Shown here: in pieces, positions 37,520 through 49,400 of the stretch | Layout: each line of letters starts with the position of its first letter | How positions within the stretch are numbered: position 1 is the first letter of the stretch | Assembly: GCA_043228905.1 (NCBI GenBank) | Contig: JBHGNT010000002.1 | Location: 13,764,001-13,828,000, forward strand | Reading direction: 5' to 3' | DNA: 64,000 nt | Source of the DNA: Azolla caroliniana | Taxonomy: Eukaryota > Plantae > Polypodiophyta | Notes under the pieces: generated by a model | Database searches by the model: none | Told to the model about the DNA's origin: nothing | Seen by the model: only the letters and a program-made list of their open reading frames with translations | Translations under genes and position numbers: made by a program

Positions 37520-40489
37520 TCATTGTTCACCCAAATTGTCCAAAATACTTTGTTCCAGAGTTTCCAATTGTTCTTCCAGTTGTGGTTGTTGCGGCTGTGC
37601 TTGCTGCTGCTGTTGTGGTTGCGGTTGGGACTGAGACTGCTCCGGCTGCTCTATAGGCGGCTGCTCAGTTTGTTTCTCTGACTCCGGCATCCCCGTTTGA
37701 CTGCTTCCGGTCCGGTCTCCTTCTAGTAACGGTTCCTCATCACTGAGGTTGACCGTTACTGGTTCTCGTGCTTTCTCTTCCCGGATCCGGGACCTCTCGT
37801 AGCTTTCAAACTGGATCTGCGCCTCCAGCCTGTCGTCGTCCAGCTGAGCTACAAGTTGCCGGACTTGCCCTAGTTGGTCCTCTGCCAAGGCTTGAAAGTC
37901 TTCGGCCAGCTCATCTCTTATGCCGGTGAAGTCTTCGGAAGTCAGCATATAGCAATCATCTCCCTCCTTCCGCCGGTTCTCTACGTCGGCCCGGAGCAAT
38001 TGGAGTTCCGTCGCGTTCGGGGCCCACTTGGTCCACCATTTGACGGAACCGTTGTCAATCAAGCTCTTGGTCTGGTTCAACCAGGCCCGCATGATATCCT
38101 GGATGCGACTTGCTCCCATTTGCGCTCTACTTTCCACAACTTGTCGTTCCTCCTTCAACTGCTTGATGAGATTAGCCGTATCCTCCGCCTGCTCTCTGTA
38201 GCGCATCAGCTGCCCTTGATATGTTGTTTGCAGCCTCTGCAGTACCTCCGCCGCTCTTTCTCTTTCCGCCTGCTGTTGCCTGAGGAGCTCTGTCCGAACC
38301 TTCTCCGCCTCTTCCAACCGTCTTCTGGTTTCCGCTTGTTCATTAGCGTATGCCGTTGCGGTCCGATCAACTGCTTGCCGGAGCTCATCCGTCCGTTCCT
38401 TGTGCTCCGTTTGCAACCGTTTATACTCCCGGTGCAAGTGCTCAAATTCCTCCGTTTTTTGTTTGAGCTTGCCGTTGATCTGGCGATGGTTCCGGTCCTC
38501 CCGGTCCTTTAGCTGCCGGAGTTCCTCTTTCAGGCGCTCTACTTCTGTTTCGGCGTTTCTCCGGAGCCTGTCCTTCTCTTGCAGCATTTTCTCCTTCTCC
38601 TCCTTGAGCCGGTCGTACGCTTGGTGGCCTTTTCGTAAGCTCTCCTCGGCCCAGTGTAGATTCTCAGCAGTCTTTTTGAGTTCTGCCTCCTCTGCCGTCT
38701 TCAACTCTCTTTCGCGGCTCCTCAGCGCTTCTTGGGCAGCTAGCTCATCCTTTAAGTCCGCAAGCTCTTGGGCTTGTGCCGCATTTCTCTCCAGAACGGT
38801 TTCCGTTGCCGGGGTCTGATTGCTATGTACAGGTTGATCTGACGCTTTATTCTGTACATTGCCCGGAGTCACCGGTGCTTGGACTTGTGTTGTCAAAGCC
38901 AATTGAGCCATTTCCCTTGTGACCCTGTCCAAGTCTTGTTCAAGGCTCCGGATTCTGGACCGGGCCGTCTCTAGATCTACGGTTGTGACGAGCAACCGTT
39001 CGTGGTGCGCTCTCTCCTCCGCCTCTATGTACTCGACCGCTCCGGCGATCTGCTCGCCTACCCACCGTAGCCACATGCTACTGGTGCCTTGCTGCTGTAC
39101 TGGTCGGGTCGGCTCGTTCACTGTGGAATTGTCTGGCCTGAGTGCCTGTATCTGCCGTTCTGGTTCTACTCCTTGGCCGCTGTGTGTGTTGGCTGGGCTC
39201 GCCGGCTATTGAGTTCCGGTTCTCGCCGTCTCCGAAGCCATTGGAATGACTTCTTGTATAGAAGTCGACAAGGCCGGTTCTATACGCACCGGTTCCGGTT
39301 CCTCCCTTGTGGTTTGCTCAGGTTGAGTTGGGGGCGTTTCTTCCTTTTGCGGGTCCGAACGCTCCCCCACTGTCCCGGCGGTCCTACTTCTTGACCGTCG
39401 TTGGAGGTGCTCTACTGGCTCCTCCGTTTCCTCTTCCTGGGTAACGGCATGTATCTGTGCCGTCAAGGGTTCCGGTTCCTTCTGTCCCGGTCGCCGTATG
39501 GTTATCTTAACGGGTCGGACCGGTGACACCTCCTCCGGTTCTGGGAGCCGTTTCTTTCCTTTCGTCGCCTTCGACGCCAGCAGCTGCTGTCATTTGGACG
39601 CGGGTTTCGAGGTGCTTCCTTCCGATAATCTTGGCCGCTTCTTTGGCTGGACGGTCTCGACCGGCGGCGCAAGCAATGTTATCCACTGAGCTACGGCATG
39701 CCACAGCTTCCGGCCCTCCTTGCCGTCCTTTCCTCGTACCGTGTCGATTGCCGTGCACAAACCGTCTGCAATCAACACCGGCCAATCCACCTTGATCCCT
39801 TCATAGGTGGCTATGATCATCCCTGCCCGATTTTTTGGCATGACAGGGGGTCGGGGGTACACGTGGCCGTACTCATGGAGCACTCGAGCTATCTCCCTGA
39901 ATAGCGGATCTTCGCCGCCCTGCGTTCGATAGCCTTTGCCGGCTAGAGAGTACTCACCGAAATATCGGATGAGTTGCTCCGAGGTTGGGTTATCGATCTG
40001 AAAAATACCTCCCTCCGGAAGGCCTGTTAGCGCACGGATCGCTTCCTCGGTGATGACTTCTGTGTCGAGCTCCTTGATGACCCGGTCAGCATCTTTGTGC
40101 GGTGGTGCCTCCATGATGGTCAAGAACCCATCCAGTCCGTGTTGCCTGAGCCATTTCCTGGCCGCTTCCGACAGCGTTTGTGGGTCCATGTCTGCTTCGA
40201 GGTCGAGGAAAGATGGCGAGGTAGAGTGGTGATGAGAGTGAGAGCGAGAGAGAGAGAGTTCCGAACGTGGGGGTTCTCTGAGTGCAGGTTCGCGTTTGCT
40301 AAGCTTCAACCGCCTTGGTGCTTCTGTGCTTCTTGGCTCGCGAAATGAAAAGGTCTCCATGCGTTCTGCTTTTTCTCTGTGCGTCTTGGCTCCTTTTTCG
40401 AGCATGCGCACGTCGTGTACCAATTTAGTATTAAGTAATGTGGCGGCTCTTAAATGCCCACTACGTACCTTTTCGCTCCTTGCTTTCAC
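37520..40489 (-). pseudogene. ORF3 of E: ~900-990 codons, globular N-terminal region, long coiled coil, Q/E-rich tail
   Basis: Pieces 39590-40489, 39206-39529 and 37520-39121 are in one frame, separated by two single stop codons; conserved in A. Confidence 0.85.
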
Positions 40490-40570
40490 GTCCGTTCATA
40501 CCTCGATTTTTAATGATTTCTCTTCTTCTTCTTTTTTTTTATTTATTTATATAAATGACGGTATGTGATC

Positions 40571-43500
40571 TTACACATCCGTAGGTCCCTTCGGACCCTT
40601 ACCGTTTTCCTTACGGGTTGCCGTGTCTTCCTTCGCCTCTGCTACGGGTTCCCCGTCGTCTTTTTCTTCCATCCGTACCGTTCCCGGTATAGTGTCGGTG
40701 GGCTGCATAAACGGGTTATTTGGCATCGGTCCTTTATAGGGCTTTAGTCTAAATCCGTTGACCCACTTGCCTAGCACTTCACCGGCAAGTGTCCCTAACT
40801 GATAGGACCCGTTGTATTCCCGTGTCAGCCAATACGGGCCTGTCCATCTAAACCGGAGTTTACCCGGCATCTTGCCCATCCTCGTTTGGAATACTAGCAC
40901 CGGCTTTCCGATTTCGAACATCTTTTCATTACCTTTCCGGTGACGGTCAACGAACGCTTTCCGTCGTCGTTGCTCCAGTTCCATGTGTAGGATGCTGGCC
41001 AGCCGTTGCTCCTCCAGTTCGCATAGTGCTGCTAGCCGCATTTCCTCCGACTCCTTTTCATTCAGCCATTCCCGTAGTTGGATCCGTAAGCTTGGTACCT
41101 GAAATTCCACCGGCATGACCGCCTCTAAGCCGAACGCTAACTGGAACGGCGTTGTCCGGATACTTGTTTTGTATGCCGTTCGGTACGCCCATAGCGCGCT
41201 ATGGAGCTTTGTATCCCAGTCCGTCCGGTTTTCATTGACGATTTTGCGGAGAATGTTCTGGAGCGTTTTGTTGGTTGACTCTGCTAACCCGTTTGCTTGT
41301 GGGTAGTACGGTGTGCTCCGTTTATGGACCACGGCATAGAACGTTGTTAAGCTTTCAACTACCTGGCCGAGGAAGTGCCCTCCTTGGTCGCTGATTAATT
41401 CAATCGAACATCCATATCGGCACCAAATGTTTTCGTACAAGAATTTTGTTGTAGATGACGCGGTGTTGTCTCTCAAGGCCTTAGCCTCCACCCATTTAGT
41501 GCAATAATCTGTTGCCACGATGACATAACGATTACCCGTTCTCATTGCCGGTGGCTTGAACGGTCCGACAAAATCCAACCCCCACTTCTGGAATGGCTCT
41601 AGTGGAAGTACCGGTTGGTGTGGCATCCGTGCTTGCTTCGTAGGCTGGCCCATTCGTTGGCATAGGTCACATTCCTTAGCATACTTGACGGCGTCTTTTA
41701 ACGTCGTGGGCCACCATAAGCCGCTCTGCCATACTTTCCTTGCCGTCGCTTCCCCGGCATAGTGTCCTCCGGCAACCCCACAGTGTGCTTCCCGTAAGAT
41801 TACTTGTTTCTCGTCACTACGGACTGCCCGTCTCCATATTCCATCTGCTCCCTTGTGGTAGAGAGTGCCCCGTAACAGACAGAAATTGCGGCTCTGCACC
41901 GCCAGTCGTTTCCTCTCGTCCCGGTTCATTTCCTCCGGTGGCAAGCCCGTGCTTAGGAACTGGTGCATGTTTGTCAGCCACCTATCTTCTGATGCCACCG
42001 TGTCGTCCGCTGCCGTTTCCGGGGTGATACGGAATAACTCTGCGTCCGGGAATTCATCCGATACTCCGTCACCTGATTCTCCGGACTCTAACCGGCTCAG
42101 GTAGTCTGCTACGGCATGCTGGATACCGGGCCGGTGGAAGATCTCGAATTCGAACTCCTACAACAGCAAGGTCCAACGAGCCAACTTACCGGTCAGGGAC
42201 GCCTTGGACACTAAGTACAGGAGCGCCGAGTGATCCACATGAAAGGAGAACTTCCTTCCCAATAGGTAATGACGAAACTTTGTTACACTGTAGATCATGC
42301 CCAGGGCCTCCCGTTCCGTCGTCGAATAGTTCTTCTCCGCTTGGGACAGCTTCCGGCTGGCGTAATATACCGGCCGGTACCATTTAGGCTCCGTAAGTTG
42401 CATTAAGGCGCTGCCGATAGCGATGTCGGAAGCGTCAACGAACACATGAAATTCCTTGCTCCAATCCGGAGGCTGCACGACGGGTGCTTGCGACAAAAGT
42501 ACCTTCCGGGCATTGTATGCCTTATCCTCTGTATCCGTCCATTGGAATGGTGTCCGATGTACCGCGGTGTGTAATGGTGTAGCCAAGTCAGCCAAGTGAC
42601 GGAGCATCCGGCTGTGCCACCGGATCTATCCTAAGAATCGGCTTAGTGCTTTGGCCGTTTTCGGCGCCGGTGCCCCTAGTATCGCGTTTACTTTGTCCGG
42701 GTCGACCGCAATGCCTTCCTTACTTACAATGTGTCCCAGTAATATTCCACTTGAAACCCCAAAGATGCATTTTGCTGGGTTTAAGCTTAGCCGGTATAAC
42801 CTACACTTTTCAAGGCATAACCGTAGGTGCTGCAAATGGTCTTTTTCCTGGCTATAGACTGCAAAGTCATCCAGGAAAACCTGCATGAAGGCTGGAATGT
42901 ATTCGCCGAAGATCTCCATGATGATTCGCGGGAAAGTTGCTGGTGCCGTTTTTAGTCCGAACATCATTACTACGGCCACAAACACCCCCCATTCGGTGAC
43001 GAACGCTGTCTTCTCCTGGTCGTCAGGGTGCATCCGGATTTGATTGTATCCGCTGAACCCGTCTAAAAAGATATAAACTTCATGGCCGGCGACGGCATCC
43101 AGTACTCCATCCGTGAACGGAAGAGGGAATGCATCCGTAATTGTGGCTGCATTTAGTTTCCTGTAATCTACACACACGCGGATTTTACCGTTCTTCTTTG
43201 GGACGACGACGATGGGGCTCAGCCACGTCGCTTTCTTTACCGGCCGGATGAAGCCCACTCTTAGGAGTTTGTCGATTTCCTCCTTCACTTTGGCGGCGTA
43301 GTTGGGGTTCATTCGGTAACATCTTTGCGCCACTGGTTTCGCGTCCTTGCCTAAGTGGATCTGATGCTGATATAATTGAGGGTCCAGCCCTCGCATGTCT
43401 TCGTATGACCAGGCGAATACGTCGCAAAACTCCGTGAGAAGTTTGATCATCGCCGCTTTATCTTCCGGCTTCATTTCTTTGGCGATGTGTACCGGCTTTG

Positions 43501-46441
43501 ATTCGTCCTTGCTTCCTAGGTTCACTTCGTCGAGCTGAGATGTTTTTACCCGTTGGGAAACGGCCATTTCCCGTTCCAACGCTTCCTGTGCTTGCCGTAA
43601 TTCCCGAATCGAATCTTTGTCTGGTTCGGCTTCGGTTTCGTCCCGCTGCGACAAGTATGGCGCTACGGCTTCAGCTACGTCAATCTCGAAGAGTGGTACG
43701 ATCTTTGGGTGTTCCTCCAAGTACTGGGCTTCTTCGTCGTCTGCCAACCCTTCAAGCATGTTCACGCATTCCGCATACAGCGGTGTGCATTCCTTACCGT
43801 TGCTCGTCCGTGGTTGTGTCAGTACCCGGACCTTGGCTTTTCCGCGCTGGAAGGTAATCATATTTTTCCGCCAATTTTGCTTGATGTGTGCTGTTTTCAA
43901 CCATGGTCTGCCCAGCAACAGTGGGTACGCGCCTTGCGCCTGTAGCTGCAGCACTACAGCCGAGATGTGAAATGTGTGACCTCCTATGGTGACTTCCAAT
44001 TTCCGTATTAAGCCCGTCGGCCGTACAGAGCTCGTATCCGCCATCCGTAGCCAGAACGGACATGGCTCCCATTCATGTATACCCAAGGCATCACACGTGC
44101 GGAGGCTTATTACGTTCACCCCGGAACCTCCATCGATTATTGTGCCGGGAAGTTCGTGCCCTTTGACAATAGCTGTAATCACCGGACTACTAGTGTCCAC
44201 CACCGTCGGTCCCTCCTCCGGATTCGAGAAGAGGACTGGTGCCGGTGGGGCTATACCGTCTGTCATGACCGTTTTTAGTCCTTCCGTAAATCGCGGCACG
44301 AGCTGCAAGAGTCTTCCTAATGGCAACGTGATCTGACATTCTTGCAGTGCTTGCCATGTCTCGTTTTCTGCGTGGCTACCGCCGGCACTCCCTATGGTAT
44401 TCGCCTTTTGCCGTTCCGCGTCCGCGACGTTCCTTTCATTGGCTTCCTTCACCCATTCCGTCGCCTGTTTTCGTATGGCCTCTTGTGTTTCCCACTCTTT
44501 GGCCATGCCTTTCGACCGTGTGGTTACTTGTTGTACATCCGCCACTTCCGGAACCACCATATTAACTGCTGGTCGTTTATCGTAGCTCTTTGTCGGGCAC
44601 TGGTTACTGTAGTGGCCTTCCTACCTGCAGTAGTAGCAGTACTCTTTACGGGTATTGCTGGATTCATCATTGCTGGTAGCCGGAGTCGGTCCCGTAGTGA
44701 GTGGTGCGTTCTGTGCCGGTTGGCTCCTTGGGGTTCCATGTTCCGGGTCCCTAGTGTGACCACCTTTCTTGAAATTACGTTTCTTATTATTCTTATTTTT
44801 ATTTTGATAGTCCTGTCGTGGTGGATCGTAAAATCGGCCGTAGTCCTCCTGGTGCCTTCGGTAACCAGGGGAATGGTCTCTGTCGTATTGCTCGTGTCGT
44901 CTGTTGGACTCCCGATAACGGTCCGATCGCTCATACCGGTCGTAGTTATCATGCCGATCCCCGTACCGGCCATCATTCTCTTGTCTGTCTCCATACCGGA
45001 CATCCTGTGCCAGTCGGTACCGGTTCATTCTTTGCCAACGATCTTCATCTTTGTCTCGGCTGCTTCTTGGCTCGATCCGTCGGACGGGTGGTGCTTGTCG
45101 GTTTAGCAGGTTATACTCGCACCGGTCCGTTGTATGACTCTTGGATTGACAAATCACACACTGGGTTCACATGGTGCACTCCACTGCCGAGTGTCCGGCA
45201 TTCAAGCAGATTGTGCATTGAATTGCCTGTCGGAACCGGAGATCTTCATCTGTGGGTAACGCCCGTTGCAGTGCTCCTAGTGTAAGCCATGAGCTTGACT
45301 TTTCCATTTCTCTGACCCGGTCAATGACCTGGTCAATGGTGCTTCCTCGAAAGTCGATCACCGTACACACCGTGCGTAACGGTTCCCGGAGTGCGTTTAA
45401 AAATATCGTCCGTAATTCCTCCTCTGGGGGTGCACGGGCAAGCTGGCTATGCATTCGTTGGAAACGGATGACGAATTGGGGAATGCTTTCCCCTGCCTCC
45501 TGTTGGATCGTATAAAACAGGCCCACCATTATCGTCTGGTCGACCTCCTTGTGGAAAAAATGCAAGAATTTTGCTTTTAATTCTGCAAAGGTTGTGATGG
45601 TCGTCGGGTCCTGCGTCCGCCGCCATCGTGCCGTTGGTCCTTCCAACGTGACCCCGAATTCCGCTATCTTCGAGCGTTCTTCTTCCTCCGGTGTCAATCG
45701 TTAGGACGCGTGATTTGCTTCCCATGTCTGCTCGAAGGCATGAACATGCGCTTCCACGTCCGGATCATCGCGATACTTTGAGTATTGGAACGGCATGTCG
45801 TCGTCCAGTATTAGGCCGCGGTTTAGTGGCGTTTGTTGATATCTTTCCGGTTTTCTCTCCGGTTCCACTTCCGGTTCTTTTGCCGGTGCTTTTTCCGGTT
45901 CCTCTTCCGGTTCTTTTTCCGGTTCCTTCACCGGCTCTTCTTCCGGTACCTTCGCCGGCTCTTTCGTTGGTGTCGGTGGCTTTGCTTCTTCCACTTCCGG
46001 TGTTGGTGGGTTGACGGCTTCCGTTTGCGGTTCCGGATAGCCCTGGTCGAACGGTTCCGGTTCTGGAGTCGGCACGGTATCCGACCCGTCGTCCTCCGGG
46101 CCGCCGGGGGTATCGTTGCTGCTCCGGTAGTTCGTGTGCACGCTGTATCCCCCTTCGGAATCCGATTTGTAGGCTGAAAAGGCTTCTGCCTCGTTTTCTC
46201 CGCTTGCCAGCGCCTCGAGGAGGCGTTCGGTTTCCCGGAGACTACTTAGACCGCTTCCGTCGTCCTGGTCGCGAGTTTGCTGTAACCGAAGAGATTCCTC
46301 CGCGACTCTCCGGATCTCGTTGGAGAACGAACGATCCGAGCGAATTTCGTGCGCTGCTTGCTGGAAAGTCTCACGCCGTCTTTGCCGTTCGGCGAGGCGT
46401 CGAGCTCGGTCTGTAACCAGGTCGTGCGTTGGTCTCGTCAT
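40571..46441 (-). pseudogene. Single-frame gag-pol of E (gag, three CCHC knuckles, PR, RT, RH, IN) broken only by nonsense changes
   Basis: ORF pieces starting at 46441, 45697, 45157, 44560, 42607 and 41998 share one frame; IIDGGSGVN, VFLDDF, FVDASD, HCG/CDLCQ, RWTGPY. Confidence 0.93.
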
Positions 46442-46477
46442 CCATTAAGCCGTCGTTCGCTGCGAGAAAGCAGGAAT

Positions 46478-46488
46478 CGTGGTCGCCA
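46478..46488 (-). promoter_or_regulatory. Coding-strand PBS of E, probably tRNA-Arg(UCG)
   Basis: TGGCGACCACG, 6 nt downstream of the 5' LTR and just upstream of gag. Confidence 0.65.
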
Positions 46489-49400
46489 AAACTGTGTTGT
46501 TCTCTGACCGGACAAGGCCTAACACAAGGTGTCACGGAGACACTTCACCAAAGGGTGATTACGGCATAGGATTATGACTCAACGATTACACCGACCTAAG
46601 TAGGTTACACGATTAGAGCGCTTTTGTTAATTACACGCGTAAGATATAACAGTAGGTACAGAACGGAAATCAACACAGAAGTATAAACACCATACGCTCT
46701 ATTAATTACCCGTTGCGATTACAATGGGCTCCGGGCCTTTAAATAAGTTTCCGGTCCGTAGTACAAAACGGTGCCTATCGCACCTATTCGGGATCCGTCC
46801 GGATCTGGAACGGCATACCGTTTCCAGTCCGTCCGTCCATACTATGCTTATTTACAACCATACTTAATTAATTCCTTCACTCCGTATTTTGGACTCCTTG
46901 CCGGCCGGTAACAATGAATTTTCTGATTTTCTATGCAATCAGGGAATAAGAAGACAGTTCACATGTAGAAATACTCCACAACAAAATGGAGTTGCTGAGA
47001 GAAAAAACAGAACTTTGGTGAACATAGCAAGGGCTATGACAACTGAAAAAAATATGCCATTGTATTACTGGGCAGAAGCTGTAAACACAACAAACTACAT
47101 TCTAAATAGATGTATATCATTTGGAGTACATGAGGTAACTCCTGAAGAATGTTTCTATGGAAGGAAACCTAGCTTAGGACACTTGAAAGTGTTTGGATGC
47201 CTTGCCTATGTCCATGTACCTGCTGAGGTGAGAAGTAAGCTTGATCCAAAAGCTAAAAAATGTGTTTTTATTGGATATTCAGAAGAGCAAAAAGGGTACG
47301 GATGTTATAACCCTTTGACAAAAAAGATTGTGGTAAGTCAGGATGTGATATTTGATGAGTTGGGAAACTGGTACAACCCAAAACAAAATGTAGAAACTGA
47401 TGAAGACTGTGAAAATGAAGACAGAGAAAAATCCGAAAATGGAAGAGATATTCATGGAAATGGAAGCAATGTTAGATAGCAAAGTTCAACATCAATGGAA
47501 TGTACTAGACCATCTGGAAGTTCAAGTAGTAAATCTTATTCAAATGCATGGAGTGGAAAAAGTGCAAGACACAAAATTTATGATGATAGAAAGGGAAAAT
47601 AGAAAATGCCAAAGTATGAAATGCTTGATTATGGATCTAGAAACATGGAAGATGTAGATTCAGATACATCATTGGATGATGAGCTTGATATAGGATCTCT
47701 GAAAATCCCTGGTATGAAAAAAGCAATGAAGGATGCAAATCGGAAACTGAGAAGATCAGATAAAGAGAAAAAGACAGCTGAAAGATTTGGCTATGACACA
47801 TATATGGCTATGCATTATGCATACATGTCTAAAGTGGTACAAGTCCCTGATCCAAACAACTTTGATGAAGCAAAAGCTGAGAAAAAATGGGTGAATGCAA
47901 TGCAAGAAGAGATTGATGCATTGGCTGAAAACAGAACATGGGGTTTGGTAAAGTTACCAAAAGGAAAAAATGTGGTAGGTTGCAAATGGGTTTACAAGAC
48001 AAAGCATGATTCCAATGGAAATGTTAGTAGACATAAAGCAAGATTTGTGGCAAAGGGATATGCCCAAATGCAAGGTATTGATTATGATGAAACATTTGCA
48101 CTGGTTGCAAAGATGGCAACATTGAGGACATTACTTGCTGTAGGTGCAGCCAGAAGATGGGTTTTGCATCATATGAATGTAAAAAATGCTTTTTTACATG
48201 GTAACTTGGAAGAAGAAGTGTGTATGTGTCAACCACCAGGTTTTGAAGACAAGAAGCATCCAGAATATGTATGTAAGCTGAAAAAGGCTCTTTATGGACT
48301 GAAACAAGCACCGAGAGCATGGCACAGGAAACTTTCAGAATCTCGGAAAAAAATTGCTTTCAAAATGTCAAAGGCTGATCCATCATTATATGTAAAGAAG
48401 GTAAATGATTGCATTGTTGTGATCTTGATATATGTTGATGATCTAATCATTGGAGGTGATTCTATGGAAGAGATAAGTTGAAGAAAAATCTGGAAATGCA
48501 ATTTCAGATGAAGGATTTGGGAGAGCTGAGATACTTTCTTGGCATTGAGATGATAAGATCTAAGAGTGGTATATATATGTTGCAAAAACAATATGCAACA
48601 ACTATGTTGAAGAAGTATGGTATGCTTGGATGCAAACCTATTGGTATACCACTAGATAAGAATTGCAAATTGAGGGCTGATTTGGGAGCCAAAATAGAAG
48701 ATGTAAACATGTACACCTCTATGGTGGGTAGCCTCATATATTTGACCATAACAAGACCTGATTTGAGTTATGTTGTTGGATTAGTCAACCAGTTTATGCA
48801 ACATCCAACAATGCTGCATTTGGACTGCATAAGAAGAATTCTGAGGTATGTAAAAGCTACTCAGAACTATGGACTGTTTTACAGGGCTGATTTGGACATA
48901 AAACTGGAAGGATATACAAATGCTGATTGGGCTAGAAGCCAAACTGACAGAAGATCCACGAGTGGATATATGTTTACATTGGGAAATGTAGCCATTTCAT
49001 GAAGTAGCAAGAAACAAGCTATTGTTGCATTGTCAAGTACAAAAGCTAAATATAGAGGAGCTGCAATAGCTACCTGTGAAGAGGTATGGATCAGAAGATT
49101 TCTTTCTGATTTGGGAGAGTATATAGATGGTGTTGTCACAATTTGGTGTGACAACATGAGCAGCATTCAGCTCGCAAAAAATCCAGTGTTCCATGCAAGA
49201 ACAAAGCACATTGAAGTGCATTATCACTTTGTTAGAGAAAAAGTGATTGATGGAGAAGTGGATCTGCTATATGTAAGTACAAATCAGCAAGTGGCTAATA
49301 TTCTTACAAAGGAATTGAGCATGGAAAAATATACACAGTTTAGAGACATGATGGGAGTTATAACCATCGGCATGGTAGCTAAAAAGCATGAAGAAAAGAA

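Larger units (their letters stand above)
37049..46913 (-). mobile_element. Gypsy element E, near-intact, no chromodomain, with an extra ORF
   Basis: 419-bp LTRs 37049-37467 and 46495-46913 (about 6 transitions by eye); perfect TSD ATGAA inside the integrase of I (EYFSNE|FSDFL). Confidence 0.97.

Noticed and set aside
37520-39121. Host myosin/SMC-like coiled-coil gene or env
   Set aside because: It lies inside E's LTRs and TSD, recurs in A, and shows no transmembrane segment or motor domain.
40490-40573. Stop read-through from pol into the in-frame ORF3
   Set aside because: A second in-frame TAA follows within eight codons in the A-rich spacer.
37874-45106. Antisense ORFs over E (e.g. 37874-38512, 44342-45106)
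   Set aside because: Shadow frames of GC-rich coding sequence with no recognisable motifs.
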